Positions 1 through 8,843 of a DNA stretch of 22,714 bases are shown here, one piece after another. The stretch lies in sequence record SRR31156797_2108; one strand, written 5' to 3'. The notes below the pieces were generated by a model. That model had not been told where the DNA came from and did not search any database. It saw only the letters and a program-made list of their open reading frames with translations. Every line of letters begins with the position of its first letter. Position 1 is the stretch's first letter. Made by a program: the position numbers and the translations under genes.

Positions 1-1266
1 GAAGGAAATATTCGCTACGATGGTTCATCTCGATTTGCCAAAGGAAATAAGTGGGGCGTTTTTCCATCCTTTTCGGCAGGTTGGCGAATGACCGAAGAAG
101 ATTTTATGACATCTCTTGAGTTTGTAGATAACCTGAAATTGAGAGGAAGTTGGGGACAATTGGGAAATCAGAACATTGGATACTATAAGTTTACCTCTAC
201 TGTGTATGCCGATTTTCCATACAATTTTAACGATTCAGAAGTAAATGGCTATTCTCAATGGTACTATGCGAATACGGATATAACCTGGGAAACCACCGAA
301 ATGATCGATTTTGGTTTCGATTTAACCTTATTTAATAGCAAGCTGGAAATTGTTGCCGACTGGTATCAGAAAGATACAAAAGACGTATTGTTGGTATTGC
401 CGATTTCCTACTTGACTGGTTTGGGTGCATCGGAAACCAATGCCGGAAAAGTTCGCAATACAGGTTGGGAAGTTTCATTGACCCATCGCAATAAAATCAA
501 TGATTTCAACTACTCTGTTGGATTCAACATCTCTGATGTAAAAAATGAATTGCTTGATTTCGCAGGGAATGAGCCTTCTATAAGTGGATGGACCATTCTA
601 AAAGAAGGTGAATCGGTGAATTCATTTTACGGTTACGAGTCCGATGGCTTATTTCAAACACAAGATGAGATCGATAATCATGCTACACAGCCCAATCAAT
701 CACAATTAAGACCAGGTGACATTAAATTGGTAGATCAAAATGGCGATGGTGAAATTAACGATGAAGACCGCAAGGTAATAGGTTCTTCTATTCCAAGATA
801 CAGCGTCGGATTAAACCTGTATATGGAGTACAAGGGTTTTGATTGTTCTGCTTTTATGCAAGGAGTAATGAAAGCTGAAAACTATTTCTACGGAGCACCA
901 AACGAAGGACCGGCTTACGAAATATTCACCACTAAAAGAGTACTGGATAGATGGACTCCTGATAATCCTGATGCTTCTTTCCCAAGACTAGAGGCAGCTT
1001 CGAATAAGAACAATTACCTGTACAATGATTTCTGGATCAGGGATGCTTCTTATCTAAGACTGAAAAACCTTCAAATTGGTTATTCATTGCCACAATCAGT
1101 CTTGGACAAGTGGAAGATAGATAAGCTGAGATTATACATAGGTGGTACCAATTTATTTACCATTACTGATGTTGAGTCTGGATTGGACCCTGAAACTTAC
1201 GACGGAAGACCCAATTACTATCCTCCGGTATCTACTTATACCATGGGTGTTCAACTTCGATTTTAA
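1..1266 (+). CDS. susC: SusC/RagA family TonB-dependent receptor, C-terminal part (5'-truncated by window edge)
   Basis: Frame open from base 1: EGNIRYDGSSRFAKGNKWGVFPSFSAGWR. Further SusC-type motifs LKLRGSWGQLGNQ, ITWETT, PGDIKLVDQNGDGEIN, DASYLRLKNLQIGYSLP and a C-terminal Phe. Directly upstream of a SusD gene. Confidence 0.96.
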   Translation, partial: EGNIRYDGSSRFAKGNKWGVFPSFSAGWRMTEEDFMTSLEFVDNLKLRGSWGQLGNQNIGYYKFTSTVYADFPYNFNDSEVNGYSQWYYANTDITWETTEMIDFGFDLTLFNSKLEIVADWYQKDTKDVLLVLPISYLTGLGASETNAGKVRNTGWEVSLTHRNKINDFNYSVGFNISDVKNELLDFAGNEPSISGWTILKEGESVNSFYGYESDGLFQTQDEIDNHATQPNQSQLRPGDIKLVDQNGDGEINDEDRKVIGSSIPRYSVGLNLYMEYKGFDCSAFMQGVMKAENYFYGAPNEGPAYEIFTTKRVLDRWTPDNPDASFPRLEAASNKNNYLYNDFWIRDASYLRLKNLQIGYSLPQSVLDKWKIDKLRLYIGGTNLFTITDVESGLDPETYDGRPNYYPPVSTYTMGVQLRF

Positions 1267-1274
1267 GAATAAGA

Positions 1275-2936
1275 ATGGATAAAATGAAAAAATACAATCA
1301 TATGAGAAATAATATAACAGGCTTACTTTGTGCAATACTTTTGGTATTGGCAGGCTGTAGCGATGATTTCCTGGAGCGCTCTCCAAGCGATCAGGTATCT
1401 TCAACAAATTTCTTTACACAAGAGAAAGATTTGGTTTATGCTGTGAATGCGGTTTATGCATCAATTGGCTTTAACAGCTGGGAAACAACCTATGGATATT
1501 CAACCGATTTACTACGTGTTGAAAACTTAACAGACAATGCTTTGGATCATCATTCGTGGAATGCAGGATATCGATTGGCAGACGGATCAGCCTCTGCATA
1601 CGACTGGTATGTGGAACACCGCTGGAGAGAGAGATACAGAGGAATTCAAAGAGCCAACAGAATATTTGAGGGTGCCGATGGTGTAACCGATATCCTTACA
1701 GAGAAAAAGCTCAGATTATTGGCAGAGGCGAAGTTTCTAAGAGCATATTTCTATTTTGATCTGGTTTATCTGTTTGGGGATGTACCTTTTATCACAAATA
1801 GTCTAACGCCTGATGAAGCTGCTGAAAGTACCAGAACAGATAAACAAACGATTTTGAATGCTATGGTTGAAGACTTATCGGCAGCAGCAACCGACCTTCC
1901 CGATGTTTATTCCAGTGATGATTTGGGTAGGGTGACCAAAGGTGCAGCAATCTCTTTAAAAGCAAGAATCTTGCTTTATCAGGAAAAATGGGCAGAAGCA
2001 GCAAGTGCAGCCAAAGAGGTAATGGATATGAGCATTTACAGCATCTATCCAAGCTATCAGAAAATGTTTACTTACGAAGGAATTAACAATTCGGAGGTGA
2101 TTTTTGATTTGCAGGAGATGCACGAAAAACAATGGAACTTTACCATGCAAAATTATGGACCCAACTCAACAGGAGGCTGGAGTAGTGGCTGTCCATTGCA
2201 ATCATTGGTAGATAGCTACGAATGTACTGATGGCAATACCATAGATGTATCACCATTATTCGATCCAAATCAACCCTATGCAAATCGTGATCCTCGATTG
2301 ACACATTCTATTCTTTATCCTGGTAATGATTGGCGAGGAGGAGTTTTCAATAGTATTCCCGGAGCTACCTATCCGGGTAAGGAAATTGTTTCCGGTGACG
2401 ATTTAACCGACGGAACAGGAGGACAGTGGAATAAAACTGCCACTGGTTATAATTGGCTGAAATACATCTCTGAAGAAGATATCGACAACGGAGATTATTG
2501 GAATGGCGCGATACATTTTATTTTAATTAGGTATGCAGAAATATTGCTAACTTATGCTGAAGCAAAAATTGAGAACGATGATATCGATCAATCAGTTTAC
2601 GATGCCATAAACGAAGTTCGTCAGCGTCCTGATGTCAACATGCCGCTGATTACTCCAGGCAAAACAAAGGAGCAATTGCGCACAATTGTGCGACGTGAGC
2701 GTAGAGTGGAGTTGGCTTTTGAAGGTTTGCGATTACTGGATATTCGCAGATGGAAAATTGCAGAACAAGTAATGCCAGGTACACCCGATGGACTTACTTA
2801 TACTGATCCGATTTCATCAGAAGAGGTAACCCTTTCCTGGGGAGAGCGTAGCTTCAATCCAAATAAACATTACCTGTGGCCAATACCACAGGCAGAAATT
2901 GATATTTCGCATTTAGAACAAAATCCTGGATGGTAA
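1275..2936 (+). CDS. susD: SusD/RagB family outer-membrane lipoprotein (true start may be 1284 or 1302)
   Basis: Lipobox LAGC followed by acidic SDDFLE; SusD motifs EAKFLRAYFYFDLV, RDPRL, IRYAEILLTYAEA, RRERRVELAFEGLR, YLWPIP, QNPGW. Confidence 0.96.
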   Translation: MDKMKKYNHMRNNITGLLCAILLVLAGCSDDFLERSPSDQVSSTNFFTQEKDLVYAVNAVYASIGFNSWETTYGYSTDLLRVENLTDNALDHHSWNAGYRLADGSASAYDWYVEHRWRERYRGIQRANRIFEGADGVTDILTEKKLRLLAEAKFLRAYFYFDLVYLFGDVPFITNSLTPDEAAESTRTDKQTILNAMVEDLSAAATDLPDVYSSDDLGRVTKGAAISLKARILLYQEKWAEAASAAKEVMDMSIYSIYPSYQKMFTYEGINNSEVIFDLQEMHEKQWNFTMQNYGPNSTGGWSSGCPLQSLVDSYECTDGNTIDVSPLFDPNQPYANRDPRLTHSILYPGNDWRGGVFNSIPGATYPGKEIVSGDDLTDGTGGQWNKTATGYNWLKYISEEDIDNGDYWNGAIHFILIRYAEILLTYAEAKIENDDIDQSVYDAINEVRQRPDVNMPLITPGKTKEQLRTIVRRERRVELAFEGLRLLDIRRWKIAEQVMPGTPDGLTYTDPISSEEVTLSWGERSFNPNKHYLWPIPQAEIDISHLEQNPGW

Positions 2937-2943
2937 AAACAGC

Positions 2944-2970
2944 TATTCCCGGAGGAGATCTCCGGGAATA
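2944..2970 (+). terminator. Stem-loop after susD (terminator or mRNA-stabilising hairpin)
   Basis: TATTCCCGGAG-GAGAT-CTCCGGGAATA: perfect 11-bp stem 7 nt after the stop, with only a weak U-tail (CTTT). Confidence 0.65.
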
Positions 2971-3204
2971 CTTTACACTTCATTAGTGAACAACCAAATT
3001 GGGAGAATGCTAATGATTACAGACAGGTAGTGGGATTGCCGCGGACACAAAGCAAAAGTCCCGGCAGGAAAAAGAAATGAATATGAAACGAACATGTAAT
3101 TTCATCATTCTAAACTCCTCAAGCGAGAATGATTAAAATTTATGTGAATTCCTGAATGTATTCAATTCTTTTGAACACTTAAGACATCAAAAAATTTTAC
3201 ACAG

Positions 3205-5586
3205 ATGAAACGAACAATTGTAGCAATGCTCTTCTGCATAATCCTTCAAAATGGAATGGGGCAGGAAAAAGTATTTCCAGGAGCTGATGAGAATACTCCA
3301 TCCAAAGCACAGTATTTTTCCTGGATCAATAACACCAACGAAGGAGCAACCGAAGAACAAACCCTAATCAATCTCGATTTTTTTCAATGGTTGAACGAAG
3401 AGTATGGAATGATTTTAGACATTTATGCATTTGATGCCGGAGCCATTGATGGAAAACGTTTTTACGGAAGTGTACATTCAGATCGCTTTCAAAAGCAGTT
3501 TCCCAATGGGTTTGATCCTATGTATGCAAAGGCAAAGACCATGGGCACACGACTTGGTGTTTGGGGAGGACCTGATGGTTTTGGAGATAGTGAGAAGGAA
3601 AAACAAGCACGTATCATCCAAATGAGTAATCTCTGTAAAGATTATGAATTTGCTCTTTTTAAATTTGATGCCGTCTGTGGACCCTTGCGTCCTGAAAAAG
3701 AAGATGCCTTTATTGAGATGATGAAAGCTTGTAGAACCTACAGCCCTGATCTAATTCTTCTGAATCATCGTCTGGGTCTGAACAAAGGGAAAGCACATGC
3801 GACTACCTTTTTGTGGGGAGGTCAGGAAACTTACATTGATGTGTTTACATCCAATTCTACAACTGCGCCACACCATCGGGCAGGTGCATTGGAAAGAGGT
3901 TTGGTTCCGGGCTTAAAGAGATTAACCGAAGATCATGGTGTTTGCATTTCTTCATGTCTGGATTACTGGGATGACGATTTGATTCTACAGGCTTTTAATC
4001 GCAATATGATATTGGCACCAGAGATTTATGGCAATCCTTGGTTACTAAAAGATGCCGAATTCGCCAAGCTGGCAAGAATTTACAATTTGCATCGCAAGTA
4101 TGGTGAAATTTTGGTGAATGGAATGGTATTACCAGAAGAGAAGTACGGAAAATCAGCAGTTTCAAGAGGTGATGATCAAACAAGGCTGATCACCTTAAGA
4201 AATTTGACCTGGAAGCCTATTACATATACCATAAAATTGGATCAGGAAATTGGCTTACACTCGAGAGATAAAATTGAAGTGCGTCAGTACCATCCTACTG
4301 AAAAAATATTGGGATCCTTTCAGAAAGGAAGCGAGATAGAAGTGGAGGTAGCGCCCTATCGTTCCTGTTTGATAATGGCAACAGCCAAACCTTGTGATGA
4401 ACCAGGGATAATAGGAGCAGATTATGAAGTCGTTCAAAATGTTAACGGGAAACCTGTGATCATAAAAGTACTTGGAATGCCAGGTACGAACGCCAAGATT
4501 CAGCTTCCCAATGCATCCGATTACAAAAAGGCAAGACTAAATGGCAAATCAAGTGTATCACTGGCAAAAGGCAAAAGCCTTAAGCTTCAGTTTAAAGGTG
4601 ATGGATTAAAGCAGGATTTACATCGTAAATTGGCTGATTTATCGCAAATTGAAATCCCTGAAGATGCCAATTCATTGTACGAAGCAACATGTTTTGCTGC
4701 AGATAACAATGCTTTAGAAGTTCGTTCCTTACAACGATCGGGAGCAAGCAAAATTCCACAGGTTCAGAAAGCGCGAGATGCATTCTTCAATCAATCAGTA
4801 TTTGTTGACAGGGGAGTATGGGATAAAAATCTCTTCGATGGAAACAGGAACACAGGGTTTTGGCCAAGCAGAAAATACAATATAGACCAAAAAGTAGAGG
4901 GCGGATGTTTTCGTCTGGATTTGGGAGAGATTACCGATCTGGATCAGCTTATTATTCGGGTTCCTGATGATTTTTCGTTGCAGCCATTGCTCAGGGACGA
5001 AGGGAATTATGCTGAAGTATCAGCCGATCTGAAAAACTGGAAAACGATTACTTACTATGCAGGAGAAGAGATGAGAATCAACATATCAGAACCCATACGA
5101 TATCTTAGATTGTGGACGCAGCCAGGGCGCATTGTGGAAATTGAAGGACTTAAAAACGGTCAAAAGCTAGACAGAAGCAAATGGAGGGCATCAAACCTAT
5201 TTGCACATGCAGAAAGAAAAAAAACGGTAAAAGCCTGGTCTGCAAAATTCACATTGGATGAAATTGCAGAGGGAAGCTACCTATCTATTGCCATTAATGG
5301 TAAACATGGTACAGAAGGAGCATATGCTGCTGCCAAAATAGATGGGAAATATGTAGGCTGCCCCGATAGAAGTGTCTCCTATCCATCAAATACATGGGAG
5401 TTTGTCAACTCTAAAAGAGATTCCAATTACACCTACTATATTCCTTTAAATGAACATATGAAAGGGAAGGAGATTGAAGTATTTGTGTTGGGATCTGATA
5501 AAGAAAACATAGATGTAAAATCAGAAGTCTGGATATCTGCCTACCCTTCGCCATATCAAGAACAATTTATAGAACTTAAAAAATAA
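3205..5586 (+). CDS. Secreted 793-aa putative glycoside hydrolase (clan GH-D-like TIM barrel plus F5/8-C/CBM32-like module)
   Basis: Signal peptide. IYAFDAG, FPNGFDP, RLGVWG and FKFD resemble GH27/GH36 motifs. The C-terminal NLFDG...FRLDLG...EVSADLKNWK...IRYLRL resembles a discoidin/F5/8-C domain. PUL context. Family assignment uncertain. Confidence 0.6.
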   Translation: MKRTIVAMLFCIILQNGMGQEKVFPGADENTPSKAQYFSWINNTNEGATEEQTLINLDFFQWLNEEYGMILDIYAFDAGAIDGKRFYGSVHSDRFQKQFPNGFDPMYAKAKTMGTRLGVWGGPDGFGDSEKEKQARIIQMSNLCKDYEFALFKFDAVCGPLRPEKEDAFIEMMKACRTYSPDLILLNHRLGLNKGKAHATTFLWGGQETYIDVFTSNSTTAPHHRAGALERGLVPGLKRLTEDHGVCISSCLDYWDDDLILQAFNRNMILAPEIYGNPWLLKDAEFAKLARIYNLHRKYGEILVNGMVLPEEKYGKSAVSRGDDQTRLITLRNLTWKPITYTIKLDQEIGLHSRDKIEVRQYHPTEKILGSFQKGSEIEVEVAPYRSCLIMATAKPCDEPGIIGADYEVVQNVNGKPVIIKVLGMPGTNAKIQLPNASDYKKARLNGKSSVSLAKGKSLKLQFKGDGLKQDLHRKLADLSQIEIPEDANSLYEATCFAADNNALEVRSLQRSGASKIPQVQKARDAFFNQSVFVDRGVWDKNLFDGNRNTGFWPSRKYNIDQKVEGGCFRLDLGEITDLDQLIIRVPDDFSLQPLLRDEGNYAEVSADLKNWKTITYYAGEEMRINISEPIRYLRLWTQPGRIVEIEGLKNGQKLDRSKWRASNLFAHAERKKTVKAWSAKFTLDEIAEGSYLSIAINGKHGTEGAYAAAKIDGKYVGCPDRSVSYPSNTWEFVNSKRDSNYTYYIPLNEHMKGKEIEVFVLGSDKENIDVKSEVWISAYPSPYQEQFIELKK

Positions 5587-5595
5587 ACTGGCATC

Positions 5596-7545
5596 ATGAC
5601 TAGAAAAATAATTTGCCTAATGAGCCTTTGCTTGTGCTTTAACGTACTGTTTGCAAAGGAATACAAACTTCAATCGCCTGATAAAAATACAAGTATAAAA
5701 ATCCAAATTGGAGGTGATTTGACTTTTAGCCTAAGCTACAAGCAAACTGCTTTACTAAACCCAACAAGTATTGGAATGCAGCTGGAAGGTGTTGAATTGG
5801 GGATAAATCCAATTGCAATTAAAAAGCAGACCAACACGGTGAACCGAATTGTTAGACCTGAAATTCGGGAAAAATCTGAAACAATTCATGAGCTTTACAA
5901 TGAGTTAAAACTATCCTTTAAAAAAGGCTTTACTGTGGTATTCAGAGCATATAATAATGGAATTGCTTATCGTTTTGAAACCAGTTTTCCGCAAGACATC
6001 ACCGTTAAATCGGAATCAGCTCATTTTCAATTTGCACAGAATAATTTGGTGTACTGGCCAAAGGAAAGAAGCTTTCATTCCAACAACCAGGTGTATTATG
6101 ATTTTACCTCCTTGGGTGAACTGTCGGCGAAAGATTTAGGCAGTTTGCCGGTACTAATGGACACAGGAAAAGATGTGAAGCTGGTAATTGGAGAAACCGA
6201 TTTGGAAGATTACCCAGGCATGTGGTTCAAAGGTGCAGAAGGAAGTTCCCTGGTATCAACTTTTCCCGCTTATCCAAATAAAACAGAGCAGGTAGGCGAC
6301 AGAGATGTTTATGTAAGAGATCGTAAGGATTACATTGCCAAAACCAAAGGGACAAGAACCTTTCCCTGGCGCTACATGGCCATCGCTGAAAAAGACGCCG
6401 ATTTAATCACCAATCAAATATCCTGGCTATTGGCTGATGCTTGCGAACTGGAAGATCATTCATGGATCAAGCCTGGAAAAGTCGCCTGGGACTGGTGGAA
6501 TGCTAATAATGTGTATGGAGTTGATTTTCGTGCCGGTATCAATACGGAAACCTATAAGTATTACATTGATTTTGCTGCCGATTATGGTTTGGAGTACATC
6601 ATTCTGGACGAAGGTTGGTACGAACTGGGAGATCTGCTAAAAATCGTCCCTGAAATGGATATGGAGGAACTAAGTAGCTATGCAAAAAAGAAAGGTGTAG
6701 GCTTAATTCTTTGGGTAGTTTGGAAAACCTTAGACGACCAATTGGAAGAAGCACTAAATCAGTTCCAAAAGTGGGATATTAAAGGCATAAAGGTCGATTT
6801 TATGGACAAGGATGACCAGTGGATGGTGAATTACTATCACAAAATTGCCAGAGAAGCTGCTAAAAGAGAATTACTTGTTAATTTTCATGGTTCTTATAAA
6901 CCAGCCGGTTTAAGAAGAAAATTTCCGAATGTAATCACCCGCGAAGGTGTAAACGGGGGAGAACAATACAAATGGAGCTTGAGACAAACACCGGAACACA
7001 ACCTGATCACACCTTTTTCTCGCATGCTAGCTGGTCCAATGGATTATACGCCGGGAGCAATGAACAATGCTCAGAAAAAGAACTACAAACCAATATTCGA
7101 TCGACCAATGAGTATGGGTACGCGTTGTCATCAGTTGGCTATGTATGTTGCCTACGAGAGTCCTTTGCAAATGCTGTGCGATAATCCTTCCAATTACCGC
7201 AAAGAACCAGAATGCATGAAGTTTCTATCGGCAGTACCAAGCGTTTGGGATGAAACCAGAGTGCTGGATGCTAAAATATCCGACTACTTGTTATTAGCCC
7301 GACGAAAAGGAAACGACTGGTATGTAGCTGCCATGACGGATTGGGATGCACGTACACTCAAAGTAGATCTTTCTTTCTTACCGAAAGGGAAACAATATAA
7401 AATGTGCATTTATCAGGATGGGATCAATGCAGATCGGAACGCTACAGACTTTAGCATGAAAGAAATTATTGTTGATCACACCTATACAGGAGAAGTGAAA
7501 ATGGCAAAAGGAGGAGGCATGGCAGCAATGCTTAAGCCTCTATAA
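5596..7545 (+). CDS. Glycoside hydrolase family 97 (alpha-glucosidase/alpha-galactosidase)
   Basis: GH97 motifs WIKPGKVAWDWW, YIDFAADYGLEYIILDEGW, GIKVDF, NFHG, TREGV, RMLAGPMDYTPG, HQLAMYV, VPSVWDETRVL; signal peptide. Confidence 0.95.
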   Translation: MTRKIICLMSLCLCFNVLFAKEYKLQSPDKNTSIKIQIGGDLTFSLSYKQTALLNPTSIGMQLEGVELGINPIAIKKQTNTVNRIVRPEIREKSETIHELYNELKLSFKKGFTVVFRAYNNGIAYRFETSFPQDITVKSESAHFQFAQNNLVYWPKERSFHSNNQVYYDFTSLGELSAKDLGSLPVLMDTGKDVKLVIGETDLEDYPGMWFKGAEGSSLVSTFPAYPNKTEQVGDRDVYVRDRKDYIAKTKGTRTFPWRYMAIAEKDADLITNQISWLLADACELEDHSWIKPGKVAWDWWNANNVYGVDFRAGINTETYKYYIDFAADYGLEYIILDEGWYELGDLLKIVPEMDMEELSSYAKKKGVGLILWVVWKTLDDQLEEALNQFQKWDIKGIKVDFMDKDDQWMVNYYHKIAREAAKRELLVNFHGSYKPAGLRRKFPNVITREGVNGGEQYKWSLRQTPEHNLITPFSRMLAGPMDYTPGAMNNAQKKNYKPIFDRPMSMGTRCHQLAMYVAYESPLQMLCDNPSNYRKEPECMKFLSAVPSVWDETRVLDAKISDYLLLARRKGNDWYVAAMTDWDARTLKVDLSFLPKGKQYKMCIYQDGINADRNATDFSMKEIIVDHTYTGEVKMAKGGGMAAMLKPL

Positions 7546-7683
7546 CTTCATGCCATAAGAGACAAGAAAGACTTGGACGAAACTAGTGGTGCTTACAAAG
7601 ACATCGATGTTATCATGGCTAACCAGCAGGATTTGATGAAAATTCTGGTTAAATTGGAGCCACTGGCTGTTGTAAAAGGATAA
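7546..7683 (+). pseudogene. rtcB: 3'-terminal remnant of an RtcB RNA ligase gene
   Basis: Translates to LHAIRDKKDLDETSGAYKDIDVIMANQQDLMKILVKLEPLAVVKG*, matching the RtcB C-terminal pattern DEAPxAYKDIxxVM...LxPLAVxKG*. Begins immediately after the GH97 stop, and the rest of the gene is absent. Confidence 0.85.
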
Positions 7684-7709
7684 GGAAGTGCTATTGCACT
7701 TCCTTTTTT
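7682..7709 (+). terminator. Rho-independent terminator
   Basis: AAGGAAGTGC-TATT-GCACTTCCTT followed by TTTT. Confidence 0.85.
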
Positions 7710-7808
7710 GCATTCATACCCGAATAGGATTACATAAAAAACACATTACTACAATTAAAATCCATCTTATTTCATGTCTTATCTACTTTCACTTCTTAAC
7801 TATTTTGT

Positions 7809-7816
7809 TAACTTTG
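7809..7816 (+). promoter_or_regulatory. Bacteroidota sigma-A -7 element
   Basis: TAACTTTG matches TAnnTTTG, about 28 nt upstream of ATG 7844; may drive the downstream defence genes. Confidence 0.55.
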
Positions 7817-7843
7817 AACATCTATTAAATTACTACTTAAAAG

Positions 7844-7990
7844 ATGACGATGACAATTAATCTGGGTAAATTAAAACGCATTGACAACCTCAGAGCCATC
7901 TGGGAATATGAACAAACCGACTTTTCAAAATGGCTGAGTAAAGAGGAGAATTTGGAATTGCAGTTTCCACTACTCGAAAATTCGTATTGA
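7844..7990 (+). pseudogene. 5' remnant of a DUF4268-type (putative nuclease) gene
   Basis: MTMTINLGKLKRIDNLRAIWEYEQTDFSKWLSKEENLEL resembles the LGKLxxxdLRxxWxxExxDFTxWL...ENLxLL N-terminus of DUF4268-containing proteins. Similarity ends near 7961 and the frame stops at 7990. Confidence 0.7.
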
Positions 7991-8022
7991 AAGAAATGGA
8001 TGGAGATTATTTTGAAGGGTAA
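7948..8022 (+). pseudogene. mrr: 3' remnant of an Mrr-like restriction endonuclease gene
   Basis: A different frame reads EFGIAVSTTRKFVLKEMDGDYFEG*, resembling the Mrr C-terminal pattern E(Y/F)GxGVS...KxxDxDYFE. Short match recognised by eye. Confidence 0.6.
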
Positions 8023-8045
8023 ATTGACGAATTAATTAAAGACAT

Positions 8046-8843
8046 ATGTTGTACGCCATAAAACACAATAAAATAGGTCAGAACATTAAAGGAGATTTGA
8101 AATGGAAGGATGTATTTAAACCATCAGAGGACTCTTTGACTTCTTCAGTGATTGGGTCTTTATTGTATCTACCCGTTGATATCTTCTGGAATTTAATGAG
8201 GAATGCCTGTTATTCTGATGAACTACCTAAAGAGACAGGGCGATTGATTGAGGCAGATTTTTGGGCACATTGGAATTCTGAAGGAGCTAGCAATTCAAAC
8301 TATGTAGAGCCCGATGTATTCGTTCGATTCGAAGCCTTTGATTTGTTAATTGAAGCCAAGCGTTACGATAACAATCAACAAAACGAAGGGCAGTGGAGAG
8401 ACCAAATACAAGCCTATTTGAATGAATACAGCGAAGATGAAAAAACACTGCATTATATTGCTTTGGGAGGGATTAGAACTGAAAAATTGGAAACCATTGT
8501 AAATGGAAGTTTTAGTGTTAATGTAATAAAGTGCAGGTGGCGTTCCTTGCTGGCTGAAGTTAAAAGAGGCATGCAAACATTTAATGCCCCAGAAGCGAAA
8601 TGTTTTCAGAATGACGCTATACTTCGACTTTTTAATGATGTGATTTATGCTTTTAGATTGCATGGTTTTTACACAGGAGAATGGCTGGAAAGTATGCCTT
8701 ACAAAAGCTTGAATATCGAAAATGGTATCGACTGCTTTGTGAAGCATTCAATTAAAACAGATGGAGGGATTGGTTTTGAAACACTCCCAACAGGATGTCA
8801 TATCGATTCAAATAGTTTAGAAATTTTAAATATAAGGTTATAA
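8046..8843 (+). CDS. Putative PD-(D/E)XK superfamily nuclease
   Basis: Helix SEDSLTSSV, then EPDVFV...LLIEAKR (PD...ExK) and a downstream QW..QIQAY helix. Confidence 0.75.
   Translation: MLYAIKHNKIGQNIKGDLKWKDVFKPSEDSLTSSVIGSLLYLPVDIFWNLMRNACYSDELPKETGRLIEADFWAHWNSEGASNSNYVEPDVFVRFEAFDLLIEAKRYDNNQQNEGQWRDQIQAYLNEYSEDEKTLHYIALGGIRTEKLETIVNGSFSVNVIKCRWRSLLAEVKRGMQTFNAPEAKCFQNDAILRLFNDVIYAFRLHGFYTGEWLESMPYKSLNIENGIDCFVKHSIKTDGGIGFETLPTGCHIDSNSLEILNIRL

Noticed and set aside
7543-7683. Programmed stop-codon readthrough making a GH97-RtcB fusion
   Set aside because: GH97 is complete and secreted, TAA is a strong stop, and the remnant lacks the RtcB catalytic core; the shared frame has a 1-in-3 chance.
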